Positions 1 through 12,705 of a stretch of 64,000 nucleotides of DNA are shown here, piece after piece; the first letter of the stretch is position 1, and every line of letters starts with the position of its first letter. The stretch is from Octopus vulgaris (lineage: Eukaryota): NCBI GenBank assembly GCA_951406725.2, contig OX597835.1, positions 27,962,001 through 28,026,000 of the forward strand, in the 5' to 3' direction. The translations under genes were made by a program, and so were the position numbers. Under the pieces are notes generated by a model. It was not told the DNA's origin. It was given only the letters and a program-made list of their open reading frames with translations, and ran no database searches.

Positions 1-1653
1 TACAAATTATAGATATAATACGATGTGATAGAACATTCTGTGGGTTTGACTTGTGTGTATTTTCTTGTTTTATTTAGCTTTGATATATTTAAATTGCTTT
101 TTTTTTTATTTAATTATTATCCTATTTTATTTTAGTATTTTCTCTCTTTTTTTTTTGGAGGTTTCTTTTAGTTTAAAAAAAATGAAATTGAAAATTGATT
201 CTATTAATCTTATGGTCTGATGAATATTACTCGTTATTTTGCTTCGTTTTGAGTTCGTTTTTTTTTTTTAAATACTCTTTCAGATTTCATATAGTTTTAT
301 GGAAATACTAAAGAAAACGTCTTGGAAAATATGAAAAACAAATTGTGGCCTACAATAAAAAAAAATAAGTTGGCTTTTTTTTTGTTTAAACATAAATTAC
401 TACTAAAACATATTTATTTATTTTAAACATGGGTTAATGACTTTTCTTATTTTCATTTTTATGTATTTATTTTGTGTCGTAAAACATGTTTTGAATTTTA
501 AAAGCTTTGACACAGTTTTCCAGATATTTCTAACAAAACTGATGAAAGGAAAAATATAATAATTTACAATGAAAATATAAATGTATTAAATAATAAAGCT
601 TGAAAATTGCTGTAAAATACAAAGGATTTTCTTCCGGTTTTAAATAATGAAGATCATAAGACAAAAGACAAAATAAAGGAACGTATATATACACTCACAC
701 ACACACACACGATATCCAACAGTACTGGAGTTCTCACAGCCAGATACTTCTATCAGAGGACTTACTTCAGGCATAAAAGTGAGTAACTTGTAAATTAGCC
801 AGTACTAATAAATAAAATATATTCATTCTGCAAGATATGGGAATGACACTATTTTGTGAGTGAAGTCAAATAGGTATACTTGGAAATATTACCTCATAGT
901 ATAAACAGACAGACAGACAGAGATATTATCAGTAGTTCATATATCCGAAAAAGAAACACACTCTAAAGGAGAGGCCAGGGAACTTTTCTAACCAATCACC
1001 CCAAAATATATTTACTTATGCTGATGTTACCGTCTTCATTTGAAAGAAAGAAAATCATAGATTCTTAGAATTGAAAAGGTTTATTGTACCTCACTTAGGG
1101 TAATTTACTAACCCCCTGCTCTAAAGCATTAGAACAGAAATATATTTCTTTTGCTTTTAGAAAGTTAAAGGTTATGGTCAGCTATAGGGTGATCATTGGG
1201 TTCACACCTCTAAGGCACTTAGCAGTATAGGTGACATATCATACTCAAATGGATGAAGGCACATAACCTCTCTACAACTAGAGGAAGAAATATGTAACAG
1301 TTAGTTAGTTTGTAAACAAAAAACTTTTTAAAAAATTTAATTTCCCTGGTGCAGGCAGGTCATACATACATATATACATACACAAACATACACACACACA
1401 TACATGCATACATTACATAAACATACATGCATACAATCGACCAGCTATTTTGTACATTACAAATACAATCTGTGAGTGGAACAGTTAAGATATGTAAGAC
1501 TTTTCTCAAGTTCCAAATGTGAATTTCTCTGTTTTAACTACATCCTAAAAATGGAGTCTTGTATCTTTGTTGGAAACCAGCTCCTTCCTCAGTGGAAGAT
1601 TTATAATAATTAAAAAAATACAAGATACATACATACACAAACATACGTATAAA

Positions 1654-3160
1654 CAAGGAGTCCTAAAAATATATACACACTTTAACAGTTCAATGTTTGT
1701 TTCCTTTTAGATTCAACATATTGAAAATAATGAAGGGAACCAGAGTAACCTTTGAACAAAGGAAACTTATCCGAAAGTGCAACTGGAAGTTTGAAAATGT
1801 AAATGAAGTGCAAAGACAGTTTAAGGAGTTTCCAACAGATCCAATGACAGGACTTACCCTTGCACAGATTAGCGATAAGTTTGAAGTGGAAACTATTTGA
1901 AGCAGGAACTGTTCAGAATGTCCACAAGAAACATTTCAGAAAACTGCAAACATCAACGTGTCCCACAATGCAAGAAAGGGTACCAGAAACGTATTGCCAG
2001 AGTTCAAGAAAATTTGTACAGCAAGTAAATTGTAAGAAAGGAATTTTAAAATCTAGCAACCTTTGTGTTTTGAAATGCTGCTATTTCAAAAGTAGTCCCT
2101 GCTCTCAAGAAAGATGATCCAGGCCAAAGGGTGGAGTTTTGTGAGAGGTACTTAGAAAGATGTGTAGAAGATGCACACTTTCCAACAAATGTTGTCTGGA
2201 GTGATGAGGTTACATTTAAATTAAATACCTTAATTAACCACCACAATTACACCTATTGTGGAAGCACAATGGCCCAGTGGTAAGGGTAGCAGACTTGCGG
2301 TCGGAGAATCACAGTTTTGATTCCTAGACTGGGCATTGTGTGTGTTTATTGAGTGAAAATACCTAAAAGCTCCACGAGGCTCCGGCAGGGGGTGGTGGCG
2401 ACCCCTGTTGTACTCTTTTGCCACAACTTTCTCTCACTCTCTCTTCCTGTTTCTTGAGTAACGCTGTGATGGACTGGTGTCCCGTCCAGTTGGGGGGAGC
2501 ACATATGCCACAGAAACCGGGAAACTGGACCCATGAGTCTGGTTAGGCTTGAAAAGGGCAACGTTTATCGTTATTACACCTATTGGGCACCTGAAAATCT
2601 GCATGCTAATAAGGTGCAGCTTATGAAAACGATTAACTGGACCATTCTTTTTTGATGTAACAGCAGTTGGTCCCATTTACTTGAACTTGCTGTGATAATC
2701 TATCATGACAAGCATTCAAGAGGACATGTGGAATTTTATTTCCTGAAAAATTCAGTACCTTTTCGCACTACCATAGTAAGGACCTACCTTCATGAGATTT
2801 TGCTAAACAGACAGATTGGATGAAGAGGTTCAGTAGAACACGCTCCATGATCACCCGACCACCCACTACAAGACTTTTTTTTATGGTACAAAACTGAAAA
2901 CAGTTGACAAATTGAAGGCAGCCATTGAATGGGGATGCACAGTCATACCGAACAAAATGTTTCTTGATGTCTGCCATTCTACTGCTTCACGTTATCAACG
3001 CTGCCTGGAACAATCTGATAACCAAAACACTCAGCAGTTTGAAAACCGGTATTGATAAAAAATGACAATTAAATTCTGTCATTATTATATTAAATTTTGA
3101 AATTAATAAACACCGACTTTATAACCAAGCAACATGTAAGTACAATTTTCGACACCTTTA
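1654..3160 (+). mobile_element. Decayed Tc1/mariner-superfamily DNA transposon (DUF4817-type HTH plus DDD transposase relic)
   Basis: Frameshifted pieces: [87 protein letters not shown] (after SINE removal), LTGPFFFD. Weak degenerate TIRs near 1654 and 3140-3160. Confidence 0.85.
2259..2572 (+). mobile_element. tRNA-derived SINE (family D here) inserted in the transposase
   Basis: tRNA-like head (tggcccagtggtaagg...ttgattcc); 13-bp TSD attacacctattg at 2246-2258 and 2573-2585; related copies at 31870-32183 and 41876-42167. Confidence 0.9.
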
Positions 3161-3310
3161 CACACACACACATGTGTATATACATACACATATATAGCCG
3201 CAGACACATACAAAATGTAAAAATGAATACTTACCACCTCCTGGAAGCAATTGGAAATATAAAAGAAAATTATTTTTAAATTGGATATTCAAAATAATTT
3301 AAAAATCATA

Positions 3311-3364
<54 letters not shown>

Positions 3365-3877
3365 AAAGAAAATGGAGAAGAAAAATATAATAGATACTTC
3401 GTTCATTTTATCTGTATTACAATGGAAAAGCAATGCAAAGTAAAAGTGATACCTATAAGAATAAGGGTAAAAGGACTTGGATTAACAAAACAACCAAAAA
3501 AATATCCCCAAAATATCCTACACATGTTTCAATCTGACAGTATATTTGAATCAACAACATTCAAATGATTATAGATGTAATGAACAATATATTGCCGGCT
3601 ATCTTCAAGGAAAAGTAAGTATATATTCCAGTTTTGAATTATGTTAAACTGTTGTATGTCCAAATTTGGCTAAATGCGTTTTCTACAATATTTATTTTTA
3701 TTTGCAATAGCCAGTTCTTTTGGTCAAGCTATCGTATCTCCAACTGCATCAGATGCCAAGATATCAAAACTTGTTAAAGTGTAGTACAATGATTTTACTA
3801 TAGAATGGTGAAACTACTTTTTCGTTTTCTGAAAAAGCAAAGTTTTGGACTTACAACACTTATGCATAATAGCAACG

Positions 3878-3917
<40 letters not shown>

Positions 3918-3956
3918 ATGTGTGTGTGTGCATGTGTGTGTGTGTGTGTGTGTGTG

Positions 3957-4005
<49 letters not shown>

Positions 4006-4260
4006 ACACACGTGCACAAACATACACATGCATACATACATTTACGTATACATATGTATGTGTGTATATATACATATATATATGTTTATTTATTTATGCA
4101 TACATACACAAATATGCATATACATATACACATTTATATATATATATATACATCTGACATATATGCGTGTGTGTGTAAATATTTATAAATATACATATAT
4201 TTATATAAATATATCTTTAAATATACATATATATTTATATACATACTTAAATATGTACTC
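3311..4260. repeat. (AT)n and (GT)n/(ATAC)n microsatellites
   Basis: (AT)n at about 3313-3355; (GT)n at about 3880-4003 followed by degenerate AT/AC repeats. Confidence 0.95.
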
Positions 4261-4707
4261 ACACAGACATGTTTATATCAAAAGAAAACCTAAAGATCAA
4301 AAACAACATACAAAATTTCCTCTTTTAAAACAAAAATTAAGGCAAAAAAAAACATAAAGAACTACAAAATCCATAAAAAGCTCAAAATAGCTTAGTTATC
4401 ACGTGATTTATACATTAATCTCAATTTAGTAATTTTTTTTTTATCTGATTAAAGCAATGATTATACTTTGTACTAAATTTCAGAGTAAGAAACTATAAGG
4501 TAAAATGAAAGATAATGTAATATGAGAGATTAAAGATTACCACTAATAGGATAATTAGATGAACCAATTGGCAGCTTAAAAAAAAAAGATTAGACTATTT
4601 CCATTGTAAGAAGTTCTATATGAAAGTACATTACACAAGAGGCAGCCTCTATGTGGTCGCTCAGGCTGCTGAAAACAGCAGCCAAGTTCTTGTGTATCAT
4701 ACTGTTT

Positions 4708-4941
4708 TTAACCTTATAGCATTCAAACTGGCCATATCCAGCTCAAATACTCTAAATGTTTTATGTTCATACTGGCCAGATCGGGCCTCTTGTGCCTGTC
4801 CTACAATGTCCTTCTAACAGTAGATAATCACATCATTTGAAATATCATAGCTATGAGATGATGCATGAGTAATTCAAAGCAATGTGAATAAATAAAATAA
4901 GGAATACATTTGGCAGAATAATCTGAATACTAAATGGTTAA
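4708..4941 (+). mobile_element. piggyBac-type MITE (TTAA-bounded, about 230 bp)
   Basis: Termini ttaacc(t)ttagcattc... and ...ctaaatggttaa; the family recurs at 7259-8221, 7668-7898, 8334-8961, about 31075 and about 32420-32670. Confidence 0.75.
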
Positions 4942-4978
4942 AAAATAAAAAAAGGTGAGAGAAAATAAAGGACATCTT

Positions 4979-5203
4979 ATTTCTTTATTGCCGACAAGGG
5001 GCTAAACATAGAGAGGACAAACAAGGACAGACAAAGGGATTAAGTCGATTACATCAACCCCAGTGCATAACTGGTACTTAATTTATCAACCCCAAAAGGA
5101 TGAAAGGCAAAGCTGACCATGGCGGGATTTGAACTCAGAACGTAACGGCAGACAAAATACCGCTAAGCATTTCGCCCAGCGTGTTAACGATTCTGCCAGC
5201 TTG
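4979..5203 (-). mobile_element. tRNA-derived SINE family B
   Basis: Reverse complement of gctggcagaatcgttagc...gagttcaaat...gcctttcatccttt..ggggtcgataaattaagtaccag...aaagaaata; many copies in the window. Confidence 0.9.
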
Positions 5204-5699
5204 TAAATATAATCTAAGATGTATATACAAAAAGATGGGAAGGTCAAAGCTGGAATATCTTTTATGAGAGGTCTGCTTGATCAGGGCTGACCCAGAGCTA
5301 AAAACTACCAGCACGCTGACGCCGACCACCACGACCACCACCATTACCAGCAACATCAACATCATTATGTGGACGGTAACATAATAAACATCATAGTAAG
5401 CTCATAATACAAGGTTATTATCACAGCAGAATATTTACAATATTTCTGAAATTGGGAAGGCAGATAAGATAATAGAGATGTTTATGTGGTAATAAGCATA
5501 TCTTTCTAAAGAGGTCGCTGACATAGCTGTGTGATTAAGATGCTTGCCTCACAACCACATGGTTCCAGATTCCAGGTTCCAAATTCTGATGCCAATGCAT
5601 TTGGGGCAGTAGATTTGGTAAGAGTCTTCTGCCACACAGAATTGGGATGACTGCTGTGTGTTCAGAAACTGATGAACAGAATCTGCGCAGAAATCAGTT

Positions 5700-5831
5700 A
5701 TACATACATATACATACATACCCACATACATACATATATATACATACACACATACATATATACATATTTATACATACATACACATATATATATACATACA
5801 CATATATATATACATACACATATATATACAT

Positions 5832-5868
<37 letters not shown>

Positions 5869-5877
5869 AACACACAC

Positions 5878-5909
<32 letters not shown>

Positions 5910-6030
5910 GTAGAAAAATACAAACTGGGACAAGAACGTAAAACATTTAGAAGACGATACAAAAAACACGGACGGGACATTTGAAGCCTTCAATCTTCAG
6001 TCAAGAACCGGATCATCCTAGCAATTTCGG

Positions 6031-6118
<88 letters not shown>

Positions 6119-6304
6119 TATACATACATATATACATACATATATATATATACATACAGAATAAGTCCCGGGGTCGATTTGCTTGACTAAAGGCGGTGCT
6201 CCAGCATGGCCGCAGTCAAATGACTGAAACAAGTAATAGAGTAAAAGAGTATACACACACACAAATAAAACATATACATATATACACACACATACATATT
6301 CACA

Positions 6305-6345
<41 letters not shown>
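5700..6345. repeat. (AT)n/(ATAC)n microsatellite block splitting a family A SINE (head about 5515-5630, tail about 6160-6250)
   Basis: Simple repeats visible directly; SINE A head and tail flank them; an unrelated repeat is embedded at 5909-6035. Confidence 0.8.
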
Positions 6346-6346
<1 letters not shown>

Positions 6347-6496
6347 GTGAAATAGAAAGATGAATAATCTTGTAGTAGATTAATCAAAAGTTTAACCGAT
6401 ACCTTAGTAGCAAAAATCACAGCAGTAAAACAGCACGGTTGGAGGTACAACCATATGGTGTTGCAACCGTGCGTTGGTGCGGATAATTGAAATTAG

Positions 6497-6701
6497 AACA
6501 TTATTGGTGAATTGAAGAAATGGAGCTGAACGCAGATTGAACAGAAATCGTTTTATTTCATTCTACACGTGTTTTCGAAAGGCACAAATTACCAAAATCC
6601 GGATTTTGGTAATTTGTGCCTTTCGAAACACGTGTAGAATGAAATAAAACGATTTCTGTTCAATCTGCGTTCAGCTCCATTTCTTCAATTCACCAATAAT
6701 G

Positions 6702-6703
<2 letters not shown>
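6497..6703. repeat. Near-perfect 207-bp palindrome, probable Penelope-like pseudo-LTR relic
   Basis: Arms of 104 and 103 nt centred at atcc|ggat (6600/6601), one 1-nt indel; the right arm carries GAAAC-ACGT-GTA followed by AATAAA, mirrored in the left arm. Confidence 0.85.
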
Positions 6704-6744
<41 letters not shown>

Positions 6745-7329
6745 TATACACTCACATATATACATATACACATATATAAATATACACACATGTATGGCTG
6801 AAAAACTTCAATCAACAGACATTATCCAGGCAATTAGTAGACTAAAAGAGATGTTTTTAAAAAAGCCTAAAAGAGACCAAGCAAGAGATATGACTCCAAT
6901 AAGATTGGTTCATCAAAATTTGGGGGCAACATTTGCCATGCAGATTGGAGATTTGGTGCATGCACGTGCTTGTGTTTGTGTGCCTGTGTGCGCATGTAGT
7001 AGAGTGCAATGGCCCGACCCATAGACAACATTTGTAAAGGCCTTATGTCATGCACTGTGGCTTTAGGCCTTGGCAGTAGCAAGGCAACAGCGAAGCATCA
7101 CAGCGTAACAGCAATTCAGTTGTGTCATCAAAGTACAAAGATCGCAGGACAACAAGGTGACAATTGACAGACTGAAGTTCTGGTAGTGATAAGGGAGGTA
7201 TGGTGCTCCAAATACAGCTTGTTGCACAGCAAAATCCCTGATTCAGTGTCAATAAATGTTGACCCTTTAGCATTTAGATTATTCTTCCAAATGTAATGTT
7301 TATTTATTCACATTGTTTTCAGTTAATTA

Positions 7330-8076
7330 CTGTCAATCCTCGAATATAGTCCGCCCTTGAGTATAATACGCAGGGGATTTTTAGGGGGCTGTACCTCTGA
7401 AAAACCTAAACCTTATGTATAATACACACCCCTTCTCTAACATGAGTCAAGGAGGTCTATATAACGTCCTTGGTTTATAAAAATGTACATGGTAATATCC
7501 TTTATTATTATTGTATATATAAATTAATGCAAACGTGTAGCTTTTTTGTGCATTTTGTTTGCAGAAAATAAAGAAATAACAGTAATAACCATAATAAGGG
7601 TTAATAAATGTTGCTTATTACAAATTATGGATGATTCTTATATGACTTCATTGCTTTCAGGTTTAGCTTAACTCTTTAGCATTTAAACCGGCCGTATCTG
7701 GCCAAAAGTATTCTGCCTGTTTTAAGTTCAAACTGGCCAGATCTGGTCTCTCACACCAACCCTACAATATCATTTTAAAAATTAACAGCTACCTCATCAA
7801 AATCTCATAGCTACAAGATTAATGCCTGATTAGTTCAAAACAAAGGATGAAAAAGAAGCATTAATTTAGGCAGAGTAATACGAACACTAAAGGGTTAAGG
7901 TATTTTCGCGTCCAACATCACAAAATGTGTCTGAATAAACATTGCCGGACAGCACATAGAGACTCAGACATTGCTTAGAAAATAATTTTCATTTTTAACC
8001 TCGTATATAGTACGCATTAGGGATTTTGACCTTAAATTTTGGGGAAAAAATGCGGATTATACTCGAGGATTTACGG
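7330..8076. mobile_element. Non-autonomous pogo/Tc2-like DNA transposon
   Basis: TIRs ctgtcaatcctcgaatatagtccgc and gcggattatactcgaggatttacgg; TA target duplication at 7328-7329 and 8077-8078. Confidence 0.8.
7668..7898 (+). mobile_element. piggyBac-type MITE nested in the pogo-like element
   Basis: TTAA at 7668-7671 and 7895-7898; termini ctctttag/ctaaaggg. Confidence 0.8.
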
Positions 8077-8477
8077 TATGCATTATCTCATAGCCTTGTG
8101 ATTGTTAACTTATATAATGACATTGCAGGGTAGGTGTGAAAGACTGGAGCTGGCAAGTTTGAACATAAAACAGGTAGAATAATTGGGTCAGATATGGCTG
8201 GCTTAAATGTAAAAGGGTTAAGAGAGTGTTTCTCATATGAAAGGATCAGCAGGTTCGCCATGGGAGAGCAGGCAGTGAGTTTTGCTAAAGAGGTGAACAA
8301 ATTGCTATGTGTAAAAGAATTAAGATAATTTTTAACTCTGACATTTAGACTGGCCAAACCTGGTCTCAATATTCTGCCTGCTTTATGTTGAAACTATTCA
8401 GATCCAGCCTCTCACACTTACCCTACAATGTCACTCTAAAAATTAATCCCATTACTGAAATCTCAAAGCCACTAGGT

Positions 8478-8875
8478 ACTCTTTTACTCTTTTTACTTGT
8501 TTCAGTCATTTGATTGTAGCCATGCTGGAGCACCGCCTTTAGTCAAGCAAATCAACCCCAGGACTTATTCTTTGTAAGCCTAGTACTTATTCTATTGGTC
8601 TCTTTTGCCGAACTGCTAAGTTACAGGGAGGTAAACACACCAGCATCGGTTGTCATGCGATGTTGAGGGGACAAACACAGACACACAAACACACACATAT
8701 ATATACATATATACGATGGGCTTCTTTCAGTTTCCGTCTACCAAATCCACTCACAAGGCTTTGGTCAGCCCAAGGCTATAGTAGAAGACACTTGCCCAAG
8801 GTATCATGCAGTGGGACTGAACCCGGAACCATGTAGTTAGTAGCAAGCTACTTACCACACAGCCACTCCTGCACC
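8478..8875 (-). mobile_element. tRNA-derived SINE family A (about 400-500 bp, internal microsatellite)
   Basis: Reverse complement of ggcgcaggagtggctgtgtggtaag...gggttcagtccc...(AT/GT)n...ccagcatggc..cagtcaaatgactgaaacaagtaaaagag. Confidence 0.9.
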
Positions 8876-9046
8876 TATATAGTTAATGAATGATTAATTG
8901 AAAATAGCATGACTAAATAAGACTTACATTTGACGGAATAATCTAGATGTTAATGGGTTAACCCTTTACTATTTAAACTGGCCAAAATATTCTGTCATCT
9001 TTATGTTCAAACTGGCCAGATCTGGTTTCTCACATCAACCCTACAA

Positions 9047-9325
9047 TCATCATCCTCATCATCATCACCGTTTAACGTCCATTTTCCATGCTAGTATGGG
9101 TTGGACAGTTCGACCGGGGTCTGGGAAGTCTGGGGGCTGCACCAGGCTCCAGTCTGATCTGGCAGTGTTTCTGCAGCTGGATGCCATTCCTAATGCCAAC
9201 CACTCCGTGAGTGTATTGGATGCTTTTTATGTACCACTGCCCTAGAATCCAGCCATGTTTGGATGGCGCTTTTTACGTGCCACCGGCACAGGTATCACAA
9301 CTACAATTTCCATTTGATTTTTATT
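9047..9325 (-). mobile_element. Retroposon family C with (GAT)n tail (RTE-type 3' end)
   Basis: catcatc...tttaacgtccattttccatgctag.atgggttggac...; internal subrepeat ggtgctttttacgtgccaccggcac; copies at 13828, 32680, 36008, 40330, 46640, 48562, 51221, 53270 and 53910. Confidence 0.8.
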
Positions 9326-9503
9326 CAACTTTGCCATTCATCTTTTTGGGGGTCAATAAAAAATAAGTACCAGTTGACCACTGGGGTCGATGTTATTGAT
9401 TTCACCCCTTCCTTGAAATTGCTGGCCTTGTGTCAAAATTTGAATCCGACATTTAATTATAGAAATAAAATACGATTTTTTTAAAGCATCAAATTGTTAT
9501 GAG

Positions 9504-9857
9504 CGGGGCTGAGGAGTTGAAACAACAAACTTCGACTCTGACTCCGAATCCTCTGCTATTGGCACCTCTGACTCTGACTGACTCAGACTCCTCTTTATAT
9601 AATTAAATGATTGTGGTCTACATATCTCATTAAGCATATGGATATGCATAAGCTTGTACTTTGAGTAGGCCTATATGTTGTAACTGGTTTATATTAAAGA
9701 ATTAAGACATTATGAGTCAGAATCAGAGTCGGTATAGTTGTACTCCTTAATAGTTTCCAACTCCGACTCCAACTCCACAGACCTGGTTATAAGGGTCCAC
9801 ATGAGTGTAAAAGGAATCAAAGGGGGTCCATAGGTTAAAAAACAGTTGAGAACCACT
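9504..9857. mobile_element. hAT-like MITE with (GACTCC)n subterminal repeats, plus an adjacent hAT-like end
   Basis: ggggctgaggagt...ccgactccaactccacagacctg; followed by ggggtccatagg...gttgagaaccactg terminus. Confidence 0.6.
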
Positions 9858-10474
9858 GACATGACACAGAGTCCAAAAATCTTTAAACCTCACTCTAATA
9901 TATACTCCTAAACAGGACTCATCCATTGTCTCACTCTGCCAGACTCCGAACATGTTCCATTCCACATTTACTAACATCTAACAGTAAATAGTCACAATAG
10001 GAAAAAATATATATTTAACTACAAAACAACCATTCTAACAAAATGACCAAAAAAATATATACAAAGCAGTTTTTCTATATTTCCCATGAAAATAACAAAA
10101 AAATAATAATGTTTGCTTTTCACTAATAAGGTTCATTCTTTTCCTTCTCTTTTTTGTTTTTTGCCGCATAATTATTTTCTAGTTAGATTTTTTTTTTAAT
10201 GCACCATGAATTAAATATGTTAACACTAACTTGTCTATTGTTTTACATGCGGATAGTGTCATTGATTTATTTAATTTCTAAACAATACTATTTCCCGATG
10301 CCAACAAATAGACTAGCTAGTACATTTGGTGATTTAAAAAAAATTTTTTTTTCATCACTAATAGATGCAAGCATAGCTGTGTATTAACAAGTTGGCTTCC
10401 AAACCATGTTGTTCTGAGTTCAGTTCCACTGGGTGGTGGAACCACAGGGTAGGTGTCTTCTACTATCCTTTTTT

Positions 10475-10865
10475 ACTCTAGGCACAAGGCCCGAAATTTT
10501 TAGGGAGGTGGGTGCAGTCGATTAGATCAACCCCAGTACTTAACTGGTACTTAATTTATTGACTCCAAAAGATGAAAGACAAAGTCGACCTCAGTGGAAT
10601 TTGAACTCAGAACATAAAGACAGACAAAATACCGATTTCTTTACTACCCACAAGGGGCTAAACACAGAGAGGACAAACAAGGACAGACAAATGGATTAAG
10701 TTGATTACATCGACCTCAGTGCGTAACTGGTACTTAATTTATCAACCCCGAAAGGATGAAAGGCAAAGTCAGCCTCGGTGGGATTTGAACTCAGAATGTA
10801 ACGGCAGACGAAATAGCACTAAGCATTTCGCCTGGCGTGCCAACGTTTCTGCCAACGCATCACTT
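10475..10865 (-). mobile_element. SINE family B dimer
   Basis: Two B bodies joined at aaatac|cgatttcttt. Confidence 0.85.
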
Positions 10866-11059
10866 TAGGTGTCTTCCACTATCACTCCAGACTTCTTTCA
10901 GTTTCCATCTACCAAATCCCTCACTCAGCCCAGGGCTATAGTATGAGACACTTACTTGCTCAAGGTGCCATGCAGCAAGACTGAATCCCAAATCATGTGG
11001 TTTGGGAAACACTCTTCTTAGCACACAGCCATATCTGCCCCTACAGGTTTATTTCTAAA

Positions 11060-11428
11060 CTAGTACTATGACCCGGCAACACCGGGTCATAGTGCTAGTG
11101 CATGCATATACAGCTGCGTGCTTGCGCACGTACACGCGAGTACTGTCCAAATCTCCGACCATTCACATACAGCTAGCTGGCATTCAATTGGCGTATCAAG
11201 TTTCGGGCATTTTGATTGGGTTTTGGATAGAAAATTCACAAAAAAAGTCACTTCTATTGATTTTTTAATGGCTTTGCGGGGTGACTGGGGAAATGTAAAG
11301 ATGTGCACGACCACCCTTGGATGGTTTTGAATGACCATAGAAAGTGTGAGCCCTCTAACTGAAAAATTGTGGATTTGTATAAAAGACATACACACAGACA
11401 GACATTTTGCTGTTTATATATATAGAGA
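11060..11428 (-). mobile_element. Complete non-autonomous Helitron
   Basis: On the minus strand: A|TCTCTATATATATAAA at the 5' end, subterminal hairpin ctatgacccgg-tgttg-ccgggtcatag, CTAG|T at the 3' end; second copy at 25589-25930. Confidence 0.85.
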
Positions 11429-11629
11429 TGTTCCTTGTAGTAAATGTGCAGATACTAACTCTTTATCTCTCTGTCTGTCCATCTGTATCACTACAATTAT
11501 TTCTAGTTACAGTTTTGATATTCCATATAGACCACTGGAGCCTAGTGCAGTTCTCCAAATTACCAGGCAAAGCCAAACCGTCGAACCTATGCTAGCATGG
11601 AAAATGAACACATGATGATGATGATGTAT

Positions 11630-12182
11630 AGGTGCAGGAGTGGCTGTGTGGTTCAGTAGCTTGCTTACCAATCACATGGTTCTGGGTTCGGTCCCACTGC
11701 ATTGCACCTTGGGCAAGTGTCTTCTACTATAGCTTCAGGCTGACTAAAGCCTTGTGAGTGGATTTGGTAAATGGAAACTGAAAGAAGCTTGTAATATGTG
11801 TGTGTGTGTGTGTGTATTTTTGTGTCTGTTTGTCCCCCCATCCATTGCTTGACAACTGATGTTGGTGTGTTTATGTACCTGTAACTTGGCAGTTTGACAA
11901 AAGAGACTGATAAAATAACTACTAAGCTTACAAAGAATAAGTCCTGGGGTCGATTTGTATATGTATGTGTGTGTATATGTTTGTGTGTCTATATTTTCCC
12001 CTGACATCGCTTGACAACCAATGCTGGTGTGTCCCCATAACTTAGCGGTTCAGCAAAAGAGACTGATAGAATAAGTACTAGGCTTCCAAAGAATAAGAAT
12101 AATCGACCCCAGGACTTATTCTTTGACCAAAGGTGGTGCTCCAGCATGGCCACAGTCAAATGACTGAAACAAGTAAAAGAGT
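11630..12182 (+). mobile_element. SINE family A with internal duplication
   Basis: A-family head; the post-microsatellite segment is present twice; standard tail. Confidence 0.85.
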
Positions 12183-12705
12183 ATAGATATTATCCTAAAA
12201 TATACAAGCTAAAAGAGTTAACGAATGGTAAAGTGAGAACGGAATCTAATTGATAAATTCTGCAACTCCTTCAAAATGCAAAAACTTATTTGGCACTTTT
12301 AGCTTTCCGGAAATAACTTGGAACCAGAGCTTAATGAGCTTAACAAACCAAATCTTCCACAGAAACACATTTAATGAATTTGGTTTAGAATTCTCAATGG
12401 GAAAAGTAAATTTTGGTTGTTGCTTAACCCTAGATCTGCCTTGATCTTGCAAAATTATAATCAAATACATTTCAGCAATGACCACCACACTGTTTTCAGG
12501 AGTATTTAGGAGTACATTGAGTAGGTGTGATTTAGTGACAAATTGGCTGCTATTTCTAGTAGACTGAGTAACCACATATAGCTTCCTACATTGTGCAGTG
12601 AGTGATAAAGTTCAACGGCTGTCAAAACTATGACCATTCCATGTTTCTGAAATATACAAGACTGTATTACCCAATGTGTCCTTTTCTTATTTATGATTGT
12701 ATTAC

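Larger units (their letters stand above)
7259..8221 (-). mobile_element. piggyBac-type MITE split by a nested pogo-like element
   Basis: 7259-7329 and 8079-8221 join into the reverse complement of the 4708-4941 family. Confidence 0.75.

Noticed and set aside
3575-3800. Possible plus-strand exon pair (gtaagt at about 3615, atag acceptor at about 3710)
   Set aside because: Short frames with no recognisable protein; signals expected by chance in AT-rich DNA
5660-5700. ctgatga...gaaatc hammerhead-like words
   Set aside because: No stem I or stem III can form
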